Shown: positions 12,288-26,116 of the stretch, one piece after another
Layout: each line of letters starts with the position of its first letter
Numbering within the stretch: position 1 is the first letter of the stretch
From: Eledone cirrhosa
Taxonomy: Eukaryota
Direction of reading: 5' to 3'
NCBI GenBank assembly: GCA_964016885.1
Contig: OZ024765.1
Span: 14,818,001 to 14,882,000 of the forward strand
DNA: 64,000 bases
Position numbers and translations under genes: made by a program
The notes under the pieces: generated by a model
What the model saw: only the letters and a program-made list of their open reading frames with translations
Told to the model about the DNA's origin: nothing
Database searches by the model: none

Positions 12288-14938
12288 GGGAGATGCTGCA
12301 AATGTGTGTAGAGCAACGTAAAGCGTTAGATTCTGTAGTATAGACTGTAAGTACTTTAGTAGGTGAGGTCGGTGGGACGGGAGATGCTGCAAATGTGTGT
12401 AGAGCAACGTAAAGCGTGAGATTCTGTAGTATAGACTGTAAGTACTTTAGTAGGTGAGGTCGGTGGGACGGGAGATGCTGCAAATGTGTGTAGAGCAACG
12501 TAAAGCGTTAGATTCTGTAGTATAGACTGTAAGTACTTTAGTAGGTGAGGTCGGTGGGACGGGAGATGCTGCAAATGTGTGTAGAGCAACGTAAAGCGTT
12601 AGATTCTGTAGTATAGACTGTAAGTACTTTAGTAGGTGAGGTCGGTGGGACGGGAGATGCTGCAAATGTGTGTAGAGCAACGTAAAGCGTTAGATTCTGT
12701 AGTATAGACTGTAAGTACTTTAGTAGGTGAGGTCGGTGGGACGGGAGATGCTGCAAATGTGTGTAGAGCAACGTAAAGCGTTAGATTCTGTAGTATAGAC
12801 TGTAAGTACTTTAGTAGGTGAGGTCAGTGGGACGGGAGATGCTGCAAATGTGTGTAGAGCAACGTAAAGCGTTAGATTCTGTAGTGTAGACTGTAAGTAC
12901 TTTAGTAGGTGAGGTCGGTGGGACGGGAGATGCTGCAAATGTGTGTAGAGCAACATAAAGCGTTAGATTCTGTAGTATAGACTGTAAGTACTTTAGTAGG
13001 TGAGGTCGGTGGGACGGGAGATGCTGCAAATGTGTGTAGAGCAACGTAAAGCGTTAGATTCTGTAGTATAGACTGTAAGTACTTTAGTAGGTGAGGTCGG
13101 TGGGACGGGAGATGCTGCAAATGTGTGTAGAGCAACGTAAAGCGTTAGATTCTGTAGTATAGACTGTAAGTACTTTAGTAGGTGAGGTCGGTGGGACGGG
13201 AGATGCTGCAAATGTGTGTAGAGCAACGTAAAGCGTTAGATTCTGTAGTATAGACTGTAAGTACTTTAGTAGGTGAGGTCGGTGGGACGGGAGATGCTGC
13301 AAATGTGTGTAGAGCAACGTAAAGCGTTAGATTCTGTAGTATAGACTGTAAGTACTTTAGTAGGTGAGGTCGGTGGGACGGGAGATGCTGCAAATGTGTG
13401 TAGAGCAACGTAAAGCGTTAGATTCTGTAGTATAGACTGTAAGTACTTTAGTAGGTGAGGTCGGTGGGACGGGAGATGCTGCAAATGTGTGTAGAGCAAC
13501 GTAAAGCGTTAGATTCTGTAGTATAGACTGTAAGTACTTTAGTAGGTGAGGTCGGTGGGACGGGAGATGCTGCAAATGTGTGTAGAGCAACGTAAAGCGT
13601 TAGATTCTGTAGTATAGACTGTAAGTACTTTAGTAGGTGAGGTCGGTGGGACGGGAGATGCTGCAAATGTGTGTAGAGCAACGTAAAGCGTTAGATTCTG
13701 TAGTATAGACTGTAAGTACTTTAGTAGGTGAGGTCGGTGGGACGGGAGATGCTGCAAATGTGTGTAGAGCAACGTAAAGCGTTAGATTCTGTAGTATAGA
13801 CTGTAAGTACTTTAGTAGGTGAGGTCAGTGGGACGGGAGATGCTGCAAATGTGTGTAGAGCAACGTAAAGCGTTAGATTCTGTAGTGTAGACTGTAAGTA
13901 CTTTAGTAGGTGAGGTCGGTGGGACGGGAGATGCTGCAAATGTGTGTAGAGCAACATAAAGCGTTAGATTCTGTAGTATAGACTGTAAGTACTTTAGTAG
14001 GTGAGGTCGGTGGGACGGGAGATGCTGCAAATGTGTGTAGAGCAACGTAAAGCGTTAGATTCTGTAGTATAGACTGTAAGTACTTTAGTAGGTGAGGTCG
14101 GTGGGACGGGAGATGCTGCAAATGTGTGTAGAGCAACGTAAAGCGTTAGATTCTGTAGTATAGACTGTAAGTACTTTAGTAGGTGAGGTCGGTGGGACGG
14201 GAGATGCTGCAAATGTGTGTAGAGCAACGTAAAGCGTTAGATTCTGTAGTATAGACTGTAAGTACTTTAGTAGGTGAGGTCGGTGGGACGGGAGATGCTG
14301 CAAATGTGTGTAGAGCAACGTAAAGCGTTAGATTCTGTAGTATAGACTGTAAGTACTTTAGTAGGTGAGGTCGGTGGGACGGGAGATGCTGCAAATGTGT
14401 GTAGAGCAACGTAAAGCGTTAGATTCTGTAGTATAGACTGTAAGTACTTTAGTAGGTGAGGTCGGTGGGACGGGAGATGCTGCAAATGTGTGTAGAGCAA
14501 CGTAAAGCGTTAGATTCTGTAGTATAGACTGTAAGTACTTTAGTAGGTGAGGTCGGTGGGACGGGAGATGCTGCAAATGTGTGTAGAGCAACGTAAAGCG
14601 TTAGATTCTGTAGTATAGACTGTAAGTACTTTAGTAGGTGAGGTCGGTGGGACGGGAGATGCTGCAAATGTGTGTAGAGCAACGTAAAGCGTTAGATTCT
14701 GTAGTATAGACTGTAAGTACTTTAGTAGGTGAGGTCGGTGGGACGGGAGATGCTGCAAATGTGTGTAGAGCAACGTAAAGCGTTAGATTCTGTAGTATAT
14801 ACTGTAAGTACTTTAGTAGGTGAGGTCGGTGGGACGGGAGATGCTGCAAATGTGTGTAGAGCAACGTAAAGCGTTAGATTCTGTAGTATAGACTGTAAGT
14901 ACTTTAGTAGGTGAGGTCGGTGGGACGGGAGATGCTGC
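12288..14938. repeat. Homogeneous 91-bp tandem array, ~29 units
   Basis: Unit GGGAGATGCTGCAAATGTGTGTAGAGCAACGTAAAGCGTTAGATTCTGTAGTATAGACTGTAAGTACTTTAGTAGGTGAGGTCGGTGGGAC; ORF track starts recur every 91 bp. Confidence 0.98.
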
Positions 14939-15373
14939 GAGATGTAGGTGAGAGGTGAAGTTGTAGGCGATTCTGTAGTATATCTGTATTGTGGTAGGTG
15001 AGGTCGAAGTGACGGGTGATGGTGCAAATGTCTGTAGAGGAAGGTAAAGCGGTAGGAGTTCTGTGATATAGACTGTGGATATGGTGATAGGTGTGGTCGG
15101 AGTGACGGGTGATGCTGAAAATGTATGTAGAGCGACATACAGTAGTATAGGCTGTAAGTATTGTGGTAGGTGTGGTCGAAGTGACGGGAGATGCTGCAAG
15201 ATGCAGGTGTGAGGTGGTAGGAGAGTCTGTGGTATAGACTATATGTATGGTGGTAGGTGTGTTAGGAGTGACGGGAGATGCTGCAAATATGTGTAGAGCG
15301 ACATACAGTGGAAGGAGAGTCTGTAGTATAGAATGTAGGTGGTAGGTGAGTTCGGTGTGACGGGAGATGCTGC
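14939..15373. repeat. Diverged older units of the 91-bp array family
   Basis: GTGACGGG(A/T)GATG(C/G)TG recurs 5 times with variable spacing; a partial diverged unit also lies at 12245-12287. Confidence 0.85.
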
Positions 15374-15631
15374 AGGGATGTTGGTCGTTAGAGCTGACGA
15401 GGTCATTTGTCAACTGCTTGTTCTTTATCGAAAATGTTCGTACTTAAGGGGAAGTAATCGATTTTGGAGAATAATGGAAACTACTACCACCACCACAACA
15501 ACAACAACAACAGTGGAAGACAATGGTTGGAAAGAAGTGGTATTGTATACACACATCGACCTAGCTACACACCCTCATACACACGTATACACTCACACGT
15601 ATATATATTTATATACACATATAAATACACG

Positions 15632-15705
<74 letters not shown>

Positions 15706-15716
15706 TAAACGCACAT

Positions 15717-15778
<62 letters not shown>

Positions 15779-15867
15779 CATACATTGAACTTCCAGCTAC
15801 AATCGGGCAGATACCGATCGAATATATATATATACATATTCAGAGAGAGTGAGAGAGAGAGAGAAAG

Positions 15868-15902
<35 letters not shown>

Positions 15903-15993
15903 AAGAGATAGATAGTTAGATAGAGAGAGAGAGAGAAAGAGATAGATAGATAGATAGAGAGAGAGAGAAAGAGATATATAGATAGATAGATAA

Positions 15994-16064
<71 letters not shown>

Positions 16065-16180
16065 TGCAGACATATATATAGCTTCATAGTCACACATATA
16101 TATATATATATATATAGGTAAATAGGTACAAAATAACTTATACTCCCACACACACACAAACAAACATATATATGTACACA

Positions 16181-16252
<72 letters not shown>

Positions 16253-16409
16253 TATATATCATCATATTCATACATAGTCACACCCACACATATGTACATA
16301 TGTGTCTGTGTGTATATGATTATATATATATATATATGTACATATATATATATATATAAGTAGGCCGAATTTACTTGCAAACCGCCAGAGATTCGATTTT
16401 ACTATTTCC

Positions 16410-16484
<75 letters not shown>

Positions 16485-16485
<1 letters not shown>

Positions 16486-16672
16486 ATTTGTCCAGTTAAC
16501 CACACTTTCAACTCATCGCACTATTTAACGTATGTTTATTACTCTAAGATATAACTTATCGATTTATCGATATCTTCTTATTGAGTGCTTCCTGCAAAGC
16601 TCCGACCGAATATTGTTTTCTCATGGATGCTGGCCGAACGCCACAACTTCGAATTAACTGTCTTCCACTCAT
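16485..16672 (+). mobile_element. (TA)n-embedded short interspersed repeat; related copy at 34650-34800 (minus)
   Basis: Shared CTATTTAACGTATGTTTATTACTCTAAGA..AACTTATCGATTTAT and GGATGCTGGCCGA. Confidence 0.7.
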
Positions 16673-16683
16673 GTATATATACA

Positions 16684-16727
<44 letters not shown>

Positions 16728-16854
16728 TGTGTGTGTGTATGTGTGTTCCGGGTTCACTCGGGTATATATATATATATAAATATATATATTGTATATGTAA
16801 ATCTGTAGATATTTCTTTTTTTCCTACAAATTTCATACTTGACGACGCAATCTA

Positions 16855-16956
<102 letters not shown>

Positions 16957-18284
16957 TACATATACGTGTGTGAGTGTGTGTCTGTGTCTGAGTCTGGGTG
17001 TACGTGTGTGGTGGGGACTATGTGTGTGTGTGGCGGCGGCATGTTTGTAGTTACTTTGTTGAGTAGTTTTGCTGTTAGGGTATCAATTTATATCCGTCGC
17101 CAGGGTTTTGTTCCAACATGGATGTCTTCATAAGACCTTCTCGTAATCGTTTGTCTTTTTAAGAAAACACACAACTAATGGATGACATTTAACTTTATCT
17201 GCGAGGCTCTATATTTCCCATCATGCGCTACAATATAATTCTCATCTGTGACGTAATTTCCCAGATGAAATCGCTCTTATGACGGCATTTCAACATAACT
17301 TGGTTTTATTTCAATAGATGTTAAAATGTGTCAAGTGTAGAGTATGCAAACTGGCAGTAAATATAAATAAGTTACGATTGTTGACGGCACCAGTGATTCC
17401 CATAATTCAACGGGAGCAAAGGGAAACAACTCTAGCGTCTAATAACTCTGGCGTTTACACAGGCATTGCACGGTAGAATTAATTAATAATTATTAATAGT
17501 GTAATATTATGCAAGGGCCATACTCGACAACGAGGGGGCAGACATCATGTTTGTATGATGTATGTATGTATCCATTTATGTATGTAAGTATGTATGTATG
17601 CTTATGGGAGAAGTTAAATCCACACGCAACCACCACAAACCTAGGTTAGCTTTGACCAAGAAGAACTGTGGAAGATGAGGTGGTTTAACCCTAAGCCACC
17701 CACTATGAACGAAACTTAAGGGTCAGTCTGTCTCGTGGACCCGGTCGATAGGATGGATAAAACATTGCCCCGGAGGACAGGGAACGCTGTCCTAAATAAG
17801 CGTCACACTGTTTCCTTTAAATATCAACATTGAGAGCGATATTGTTTAACGATAAACCATTTCACACCGCATTCGTTTAGCAACCATATGTATCTAGACA
17901 AAGCCGAAGCTGTTTCTGAAGATCAACTTCTGGGTATAGAAAACGTACTTAAAAACAAGCTCATTCATTTTCATGTAATTCCTTGTAGTACCTATAGTGC
18001 CCTCTAGCGACATGATGCTATTCCTGTACAGAATTATTTAACTAATGAATTTACCACTGAGCGGATACGTGCTCTTCGTCTTTCATTTACATGTGGCTTC
18101 CTCTGTTTTTCTCTCCTTCCACATTTGTAGCTGGCTGTTACTGATATTGCTTTCTCAACCTGCCACTAGGTCACACACGTTGGAGAAATAGTGAGCTGAT
18201 TAAATCGACACTAAAGTTACAACTAACTGGTATTACTTTATCGATCTTCTGGTTTGGCCTTTGATTGGCTCTTTCCGGGTGAGC

Positions 18285-18639
18285 GTCGGTCAACATGCTT
18301 TGCGGCATATAGCTACATTCCTTTACGTTCTGAGTTCAAATCCCACCGAAGTAAAGCTTTTGCCCTTTATCCTTAGAAGGGTCGATGAAATAAATACCTG
18401 TAGCGTTGTGTATAGATCAGAAAATAGTATCATTGTGGCAGTATTGGTAGAGCGACAGACACCATGCTCTGCAGCATAGAGTTCCGGCCCTTTACGATCC
18501 GAGTTCAAATCTCACCGCGGTTACCTTTGTCTTTCATCCTTACGGGGTCGATGAAATAAAGTAGCAGTGATGTACTGGGATCGATTTAATCGACTTTCCC
18601 CTCCCCCCAAATTACTGGCCTTGTGTCTATATAAGAAAC

Positions 18640-18676
<37 letters not shown>

Positions 18677-18853
18677 GGCAGTATCGGTAGATTGTCGGAC
18701 GCTAAGCTTTACAGCAAAGACTTACGGCCATTTATGTTCTGAGTTCAAATCCCACCGAGGTGAACTTTGTCTTTCATCCATTCGAGGTCCATAAAATAAA
18801 GTACCAGTAATACACTGGGATAATTGCTGGCATTGTGCCCAAAGTAGAAACAA
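18285..18853 (+). mobile_element. Three head-to-tail tRNA-SINE copies (18285-18400, 18436-18640, 18676-18853)
   Basis: GAGTTCAAATC B boxes, CTTT(C/T)ATCC..GGTC(G/C)AT core and an (ATT)n tail. Confidence 0.88.
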
Positions 18854-19122
18854 TTGTAATCATTTCGAACTTCCTTTCTGCTTCTTTCTCAAATAATGCC
18901 AAGTGTGAACCTGACACTTCAGGTAAAAATCGATAATACACACATTTTAAAATCAATTGTCATACAAAGAGCACAAACATTACTAAATGTCTTTACAAGG
19001 TTTTAAAATAATAACGCTGCCATTCTTTCTCAATATATGGACAATGAAAGACAGCAATATTTTTGTATCTGTTGCATAGTACTGGTAGAAGGCCGGATCA
19101 ATGATTTGCAGAATAGAGTTAA

Positions 19123-19341
19123 CCCTTTAGCATTTACATTACTCTATATATACTACTGTATTTGTGTGGTAAATCTTTATCTTCATAATTATCTCAATTA
19201 ATATCAATTCTACGAGATTTTGATGTTATTTATTTTGAGGACAATACCTTAACATCAGTATGGGTGGCCAATTATGACCGGTTTGAACAGAAAGAGATGA
19301 GAGATTTCTGGCCGGATACGGCCGGTTTAAATGCTACAGGG
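19123..19341. mobile_element. piggyBac-type MITE inserted in a SINE (host ~19071-19482, plus)
   Basis: TTAA-CCCTTTAGCATTTA ... TAAATGCTACAGGG-TTAA; removing it rejoins SINE-like ATAGAGTTAAGGCCCTTTATGGTCTG. Confidence 0.85.
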
Positions 19342-19837
19342 TTAAGGCCCTTTATGGTCTGGTTAAAAATAATAATCCCGACAGGTTAATTTTGCCTTTC
19401 ATCCATCCTTACGTGGTCGATAAACTAAACTACCAGTAATTTCACTGCGGTAATTGCTGGTCGTCTGCCAAAATCAGAAACCATTAACATCGTCATCATC
19501 ATCATCACCATCATCATTCATCATTCTCATTCTCTGTCCTACGTTAAAAAATAAACTGTAAGAATATATAATCCCTATAATAGTAACTACACTCTACATT
19601 CTTTAAGTACAAATTACAAATTTGAATAATGGTCTTACTGCTCTTAAAATTGAGCTATATACTATATATATATATATATATATATATTGTTATACTTTGG
19701 GAGGATCATGTTGCCAATAAGAAACACACGCACCAGTTGCTTTCACTTCAATTTATTCAGAAACGATATATATATATATATATATTTATCTGTCTCTCTC
19801 ACTGCATGTATGCATGTATGTATGTATGTATATATAT

Positions 19838-20460
19838 GTCAGGTCACCAGTTGGTGCTACTTGTAACATGTATCCCAGTACAACCTGTCTCATGGTCGGG
19901 TCGACTAAACTGTCTCATGGCAACTAAACTGGTAACCCCACCAAGGTTTCTTGGTGAGGAGGGTGACTTTGGACATCCTGCAGGACTAAAAACAAAACCT
20001 GTTAAAGGGCAAAGGAGCTCTTAAGAGTCAATGGCCATCCAAAATCACCGGGAGAGATGACCCCTTAGCCTTTGTCAAGGCAGAATTCTAGGAGAAGGAA
20101 AACTCTGATATAACACCTGCAACCCTGATGGTATCCAATGATGTTGACTTGTTCTTCTTTTTGGTAAATATCATCTTGGTTAAGAGAGTGGGACTGGCTT
20201 TGTGCAGTGCCTTTGCTCACTATAAAAGCTTCACGGCACAGGCATTGCTTTATATCTGGAGATCTCTCTGCACTTGTCGTCACATGGTTCCATGGGCCCA
20301 GCACTATGTGTTAATAATTGTCACAGGTGTAGTGTTTGTACCAGAGTTTTCAAGTCGCTGGCCGGACTAAAAAGTCACACTCGTTCAGCGCATCGGTAGG
20401 GGTTCTCCTACATGGATATAAAGTAGTGGCCGTACTCGAAAACGAGTTGGCAGCCACCAT
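19838..20460 (+). mobile_element. Internally deleted RTE-clade LINE derivative (5' UTR-like part plus 3' end with C2H2 finger)
   Basis: CTAGGAGAAGGAAAACTCTG motif typical of RTE 5' regions; 20319-20399 encodes CHRCSVCTRVFKSLAGLKSHTRSAHR*; 3' hairpin GTGGC..CTCG-AAAA-CGAG..GCCAC. Confidence 0.7.
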
Positions 20461-20461
20461 A

Positions 20462-20540
<79 letters not shown>

Positions 20541-20604
20541 GTATACACACTTAGCTATCTATCTCTGTCTTTCTGTCTGTCTTATCCCTCCCTCCCTCCC
20601 CCTC

Positions 20605-20691
<87 letters not shown>

Positions 20692-21019
20692 CATTAAGTG
20701 TAAGAGTTAATGTCAAACAGACGGTGTACAAAAATATATTTCCCACGATGCAGTAAAAGTCCGGCTGAATGAGCAGTATTGCAGGTCAAGAGTTTATATA
20801 ACAGCATCACTGACCAGCACCTGATCCCAGGTCACCAATAGCTATTAACGTAGTAGACTAAATGTGTACACAAACCCATACTTTTACAGTCGCCACACAC
20901 AACCACAATACTGTATTACGCCGCACCTAACCGCACGTACTAACGACACAAAGAATCAACATGTATGTGTGAATGTATGTACGTGTATATATATATATGT
21001 GTGTGTGTATATATATATA

Positions 21020-21092
<73 letters not shown>

Positions 21093-21117
21093 GTGTATAT
21101 ATATATATATATGTGTG

Positions 21118-21148
<31 letters not shown>

Positions 21149-21149
21149 G

Positions 21150-21279
<130 letters not shown>

Positions 21280-21299
21280 TATATATATATATATATAAT

Positions 21300-21384
<85 letters not shown>

Positions 21385-21527
21385 ACAGAACAGGGCAACA
21401 AAAACAGTACGGTATATGTTAGAAATTAAGTTTATTTGTTTAACACACACACACATATATATATGTATATTATATATAAATGAAAAGTATATTGTAGCAA
21501 GAAGCCAACAGTATTCCATAATATATA

Positions 21528-21574
<47 letters not shown>

Positions 21575-21804
21575 TATATATATACACACACATATATGTA
21601 TATTTACACACACATACACCTATATATATATAGATATAACACTGTCCGTGTATATATATATATGTGTGTGTATAAAATGCTTAAAATAACACCTTTACAC
21701 CGATATACACATACACACGTTGAGAAATACATCACCTCCTTTAGAAAGTTCGCATCATTTCCTCTCATATTAGATTGAACAACACTAAAGAATAGACAAC
21801 TTAT

Positions 21805-21900
21805 TTACTCCACTACCACTACCACTGTACCACTACCTATACCATTGTAACAGTAATACTGTACTGCTGCTACTATTACTCCTGCTGCTACTGCTACTAT

Positions 21901-21938
<38 letters not shown>

Positions 21939-21968
21939 CTTCTACTGCCGTTGCTACTACTACTACTG

Positions 21969-22004
<36 letters not shown>

Positions 22005-22005
22005 T

Positions 22006-22046
<41 letters not shown>

Positions 22047-22073
22047 CTACTGCCGTTGCTACTACTACTACTG

Positions 22074-22131
<58 letters not shown>

Positions 22132-25090
22132 CACAACCACTGTACCAATACCACAGTACATCTACCTCTGCTACCACTACCACTTCCTAACACTACAACA
22201 GTACTACCACTACTACCATCACCACCTCTGTTACCACTACCACTTCCTAACACTACAACAGTACTACCACTACTACCACCACCTCTGTTACCACTACCAC
22301 TTCCTAACACTACAACAGTACTACCACTACTACCATCACCACCTTTGCTACCACTACCACTTCCTAACACTACAACAGTACTACCACTACAACCATCACC
22401 CCCGCTGCTACCACTACCACTTCCTAACACTACAACAGTACTACCACTACTACCATCACCACCACTGCTACCACTACAACAGCACTACCACTACAACTAC
22501 CAGTATCTCTGCTACCACTACCACTTCCTAACACTACAACAGTACTACCACTACCACCACTACCACTGTACCAATACTACAATGCCACATTACATTGTCT
22601 GATATACCTAGCAAATTATAAATACCAAGAGTACTAAAACCACCACCAGCACCAACTCTCTCACCACTTTACTAGTATTACGGCAACAACAATAACAATA
22701 ACAACAGCACTAAAGAGAGTACAATACCATCAACGTTATCTCCACCACCACCACCATCACTGCTACACACCCCCATTAGTGTAACAGCAACAACAACAAC
22801 AACAGCAACACCGAATACAGTACACCGCCACCACCAGCACCACTATCACCCCTACTAGTATATCAAAAACAACGCCACCGAATACAGTACACCGCCACCA
22901 CCAGCACCAGTACTACCACCACCAACAACAATACTAACACCACCATTATCACACCCACCACCACTACCACAGCACCCCCACCACCACCACCACCACCACT
23001 ACTATTACAGTAGCAACATCATCAACAATACTCAAGACAGCACAATGCCATCACCACCAACACCAACAACAGCAGCAACAACAGCAACTCTCTCACCACC
23101 CCACTACTATTACAGGAACAACAACAACAACAACAACACTCAAAACAGTAAGATACCACCACTACTACCACCACCACCACAACTACCCCCACTACTATAA
23201 CAACAACAACAACAACACTCACAACAGTAAGATACCACCACTACTACCACCACCACCACCACCACCCTCCACTACTATAACAACAACAACAACAACAACA
23301 CTCAAAACAGTAAGATACCACCACTACCACTACCACCACCACCACCACCACTACTATAACAACAACAACACTCAAAACAGTAAGATACCACCACTACTAC
23401 CACCACCACCACCACCACTACTATAACAACAACAACAACAACACTCAAAACAGTAAGATACCGCCACTACCACCACCACCACTACCCCCACTACTATAAC
23501 AACAACAACAACACTCAAAACAGTAAGATACCACCACTACCACTACCACCACCACCACCACCACCACCACCACCACCACCACCACCACCCTCCACTACTA
23601 TAACAACAACAACACTCAAAACAGTAAGATACCACCATTACCACCACTACCACCACCACCACTACCCCTACTACTATAACAACAAGAACAACAACACCCA
23701 AACCAAGATGGAGTATTTGAAAGTGAATGTGAAAGTAGACAGACTAAAAAGACGTCTAATGAACATATATAATTGATCTGTTTATAAACTGGGTAGCATG
23801 TATGGCTGAATTGGTGGTGGTGGTAATGGTGGTGTTGGTGGTGGTGGTGGTGGTGGTGGTGGTGGTGGTGGTGGTGGTAGTGGTGGTGGTGGTTGTGGTG
23901 GTAGCATGTATGGCTTAATTGGTGGTGGTGGTAGTGGTGGTAGTGGTGGTGGTGGTTGTGGTGGTAGCATGTATGGCTGGAAGTTAATTAATATGGTGGT
24001 GGTGGTGGTGGTGTTGTTATTGTTGTTGCGGGTGGTAACGTTGGTGGTGGTAGTGGTAGTGGTGTTGCTGTTGATGGCGGCATTGGTATTAGTAGTGATG
24101 GTGGTGGTGGAGGTAACACTGATTGTGGTAGTGGTGATGGTGGTGGTGTTATTGGTGGTATTTATAGTGATGATGTGGTAGTGGTGGTGGTATTTATAGT
24201 GATGATGGTGGAGATAACGCTGGTGGTGGTAGTGGTAGTGGTGATGTTGTTGTTGGTAGTGGTATTAGTAGTGATGGTGGTGGTGGAGGTAACGTTGGTA
24301 GTGATGGTGGTAGTGGTGATGGTGGTGGTGTTATTGGTGGTATTTATAGTGATGGTGGTGGTAGTTGTAGTGGTAGTGTTGTTGTTGGTAGTGGTATTAG
24401 TAGTGGTGGTGGAGGTAACGTTGGTAGTGATGGTGGTAATGGTGGTGGTGGTGTTGCTGTTAGTGGTGGTAGTTATAGTGATGATGGTGGTGGAGATAAC
24501 ATTGCTGGTGTTAGTGGTGGTGGTGTTATTGGTGGTATTTATAGTGATGATGCTGGTGGAGGTAACGTTGATGGTGGTAGTGGTGGTGGTGGTGGTGGTT
24601 TTATTGGTGGTATTTATAGTGATGATGGTGGTAGTGGTACGTTGTTGCTGGTGATTTTGGAGGGGTGATGATAGTGTTGCCGGTGGTGGCTTGGTCGTGT
24701 TTTTCCTGATATTGTGTTGCTCTACTGTTGGTGAAGGTGTTGTTGTAAGTGGGGGTAGTGGGAATGCTCGTGGAGGTGTGGTTGGTGTGGTTGGTGTGTT
24801 GGGGATGTTGGTGATGTTGGTGGTGTTGGTGATGGAGTTGTTAGTTGAGATATAGTGATGTTGTTGTTGTTGGTGGTGGTGATGTTAGAGGTGCTGCTGT
24901 TGGTAATTGTTGGAGGTGGTGGCGGTGGTGGTAGTGGTGCGATGATGACAGTGTTGGTTCTGTGGATGTGTTGCTGTGGTGGAATGGTGCGGGAGGAGGT
25001 GCTGGTAGATGTGGTGGTGGTGGTGTTGATGGTAGACTTGGTGGTGGTGGTGGTAGATGTGGTGGTGGGGGTGGTGCTGGTGATTATATC
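21805..25090. repeat. Triplet-derived low-complexity field with a 60-bp minisatellite (22165-22560) and CACTCAAAACAGTAAGATACC-anchored repeats (23135-23690)
   Basis: CACTTCCTAACACTACAACAGTA recurs about every 60 bp; anchor motif recurs 8 times between (CCA)n/(CAA)n. Confidence 0.9.
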
Positions 25091-25512
25091 GAGGTAAATA
25101 TATAGTTGTTACGATTTGAAAGAAAGGAATCGATATATATGCATGCATGTATGTATGTATGTATGTATGTATGCATGTATGTATGTATGTATGTATGTAT
25201 GTATGTATGTATGTATGTATGTATGTATGTATGTATGTATGTATGTATGTATGTATGTATGTATGTATGCATGCATGTATGTATGTGTCTATACATGTAT
25301 GTATGCATCTATGTATGTGTGCGTCTTTGAACATATATAGATGTATGTATAGATGTATATATATGGTTGCATATATACATACATATATATATACGAATTA
25401 GAGAAACTTGTACAAGTGCACTTTCATTCGAACCCTCACAGCCACACACACAAACACATACATATATATATATGTGTGTGTTTGTGTGTGGCTGCATATG
25501 TATCTATGTATG

Positions 25513-25554
<42 letters not shown>

Positions 25555-25733
25555 CGTGCGCGCATGTGTACTAACAAAAACTGAACACTAGTGTCGTCTG
25601 GAGTAAATTAATCAATCAGTGCAATTTATATTTAAATTGTTCGATCGTTCGATAGGAGTAGAAAAGCTATAAACCATCATAGAGGCAAAAAAAAGAAAAG
25701 AAAAGAAATCTATTTGAAAATAATAATAACAAC

Positions 25734-25795
<62 letters not shown>

Positions 25796-25846
25796 CACAT
25801 TCAAATGTACCTATGAACCAACAAAAAGTAGTATAACAATAACAAC

Positions 25847-25898
<52 letters not shown>

Positions 25899-26084
25899 GT
25901 AATAATAATGATAACAATAATTTACTAAAATTTAAATAAAAAGTAATTTAAATAAACAAACGCCATATATATTTAAATGAAACAGACGAAACTAAGACAC
26001 ACAACAACAACAACAACAACAACAAAACAACAACGAAGACGATGACGACGACGATGGTGGTGATGGTGACGATAACGACGACAT

Positions 26085-26116
<32 letters not shown>

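Noticed and set aside
12288-14938. Possible CRISPR array or repeated 77-aa genes
   Set aside because: Units are identical end to end with no unique spacers or cas genes; the ORFs are an artefact of a 91-bp period.
17100-17800. Possible decayed LINE fragments
   Set aside because: Only faint motif resemblance; cannot be assigned without a search.
23135-23690. Constant ~21-bp motif with variable spacers (CRISPR-like appearance)
   Set aside because: Spacers are length variants of (CCA)n/(CAA)n microsatellites in a eukaryotic context.
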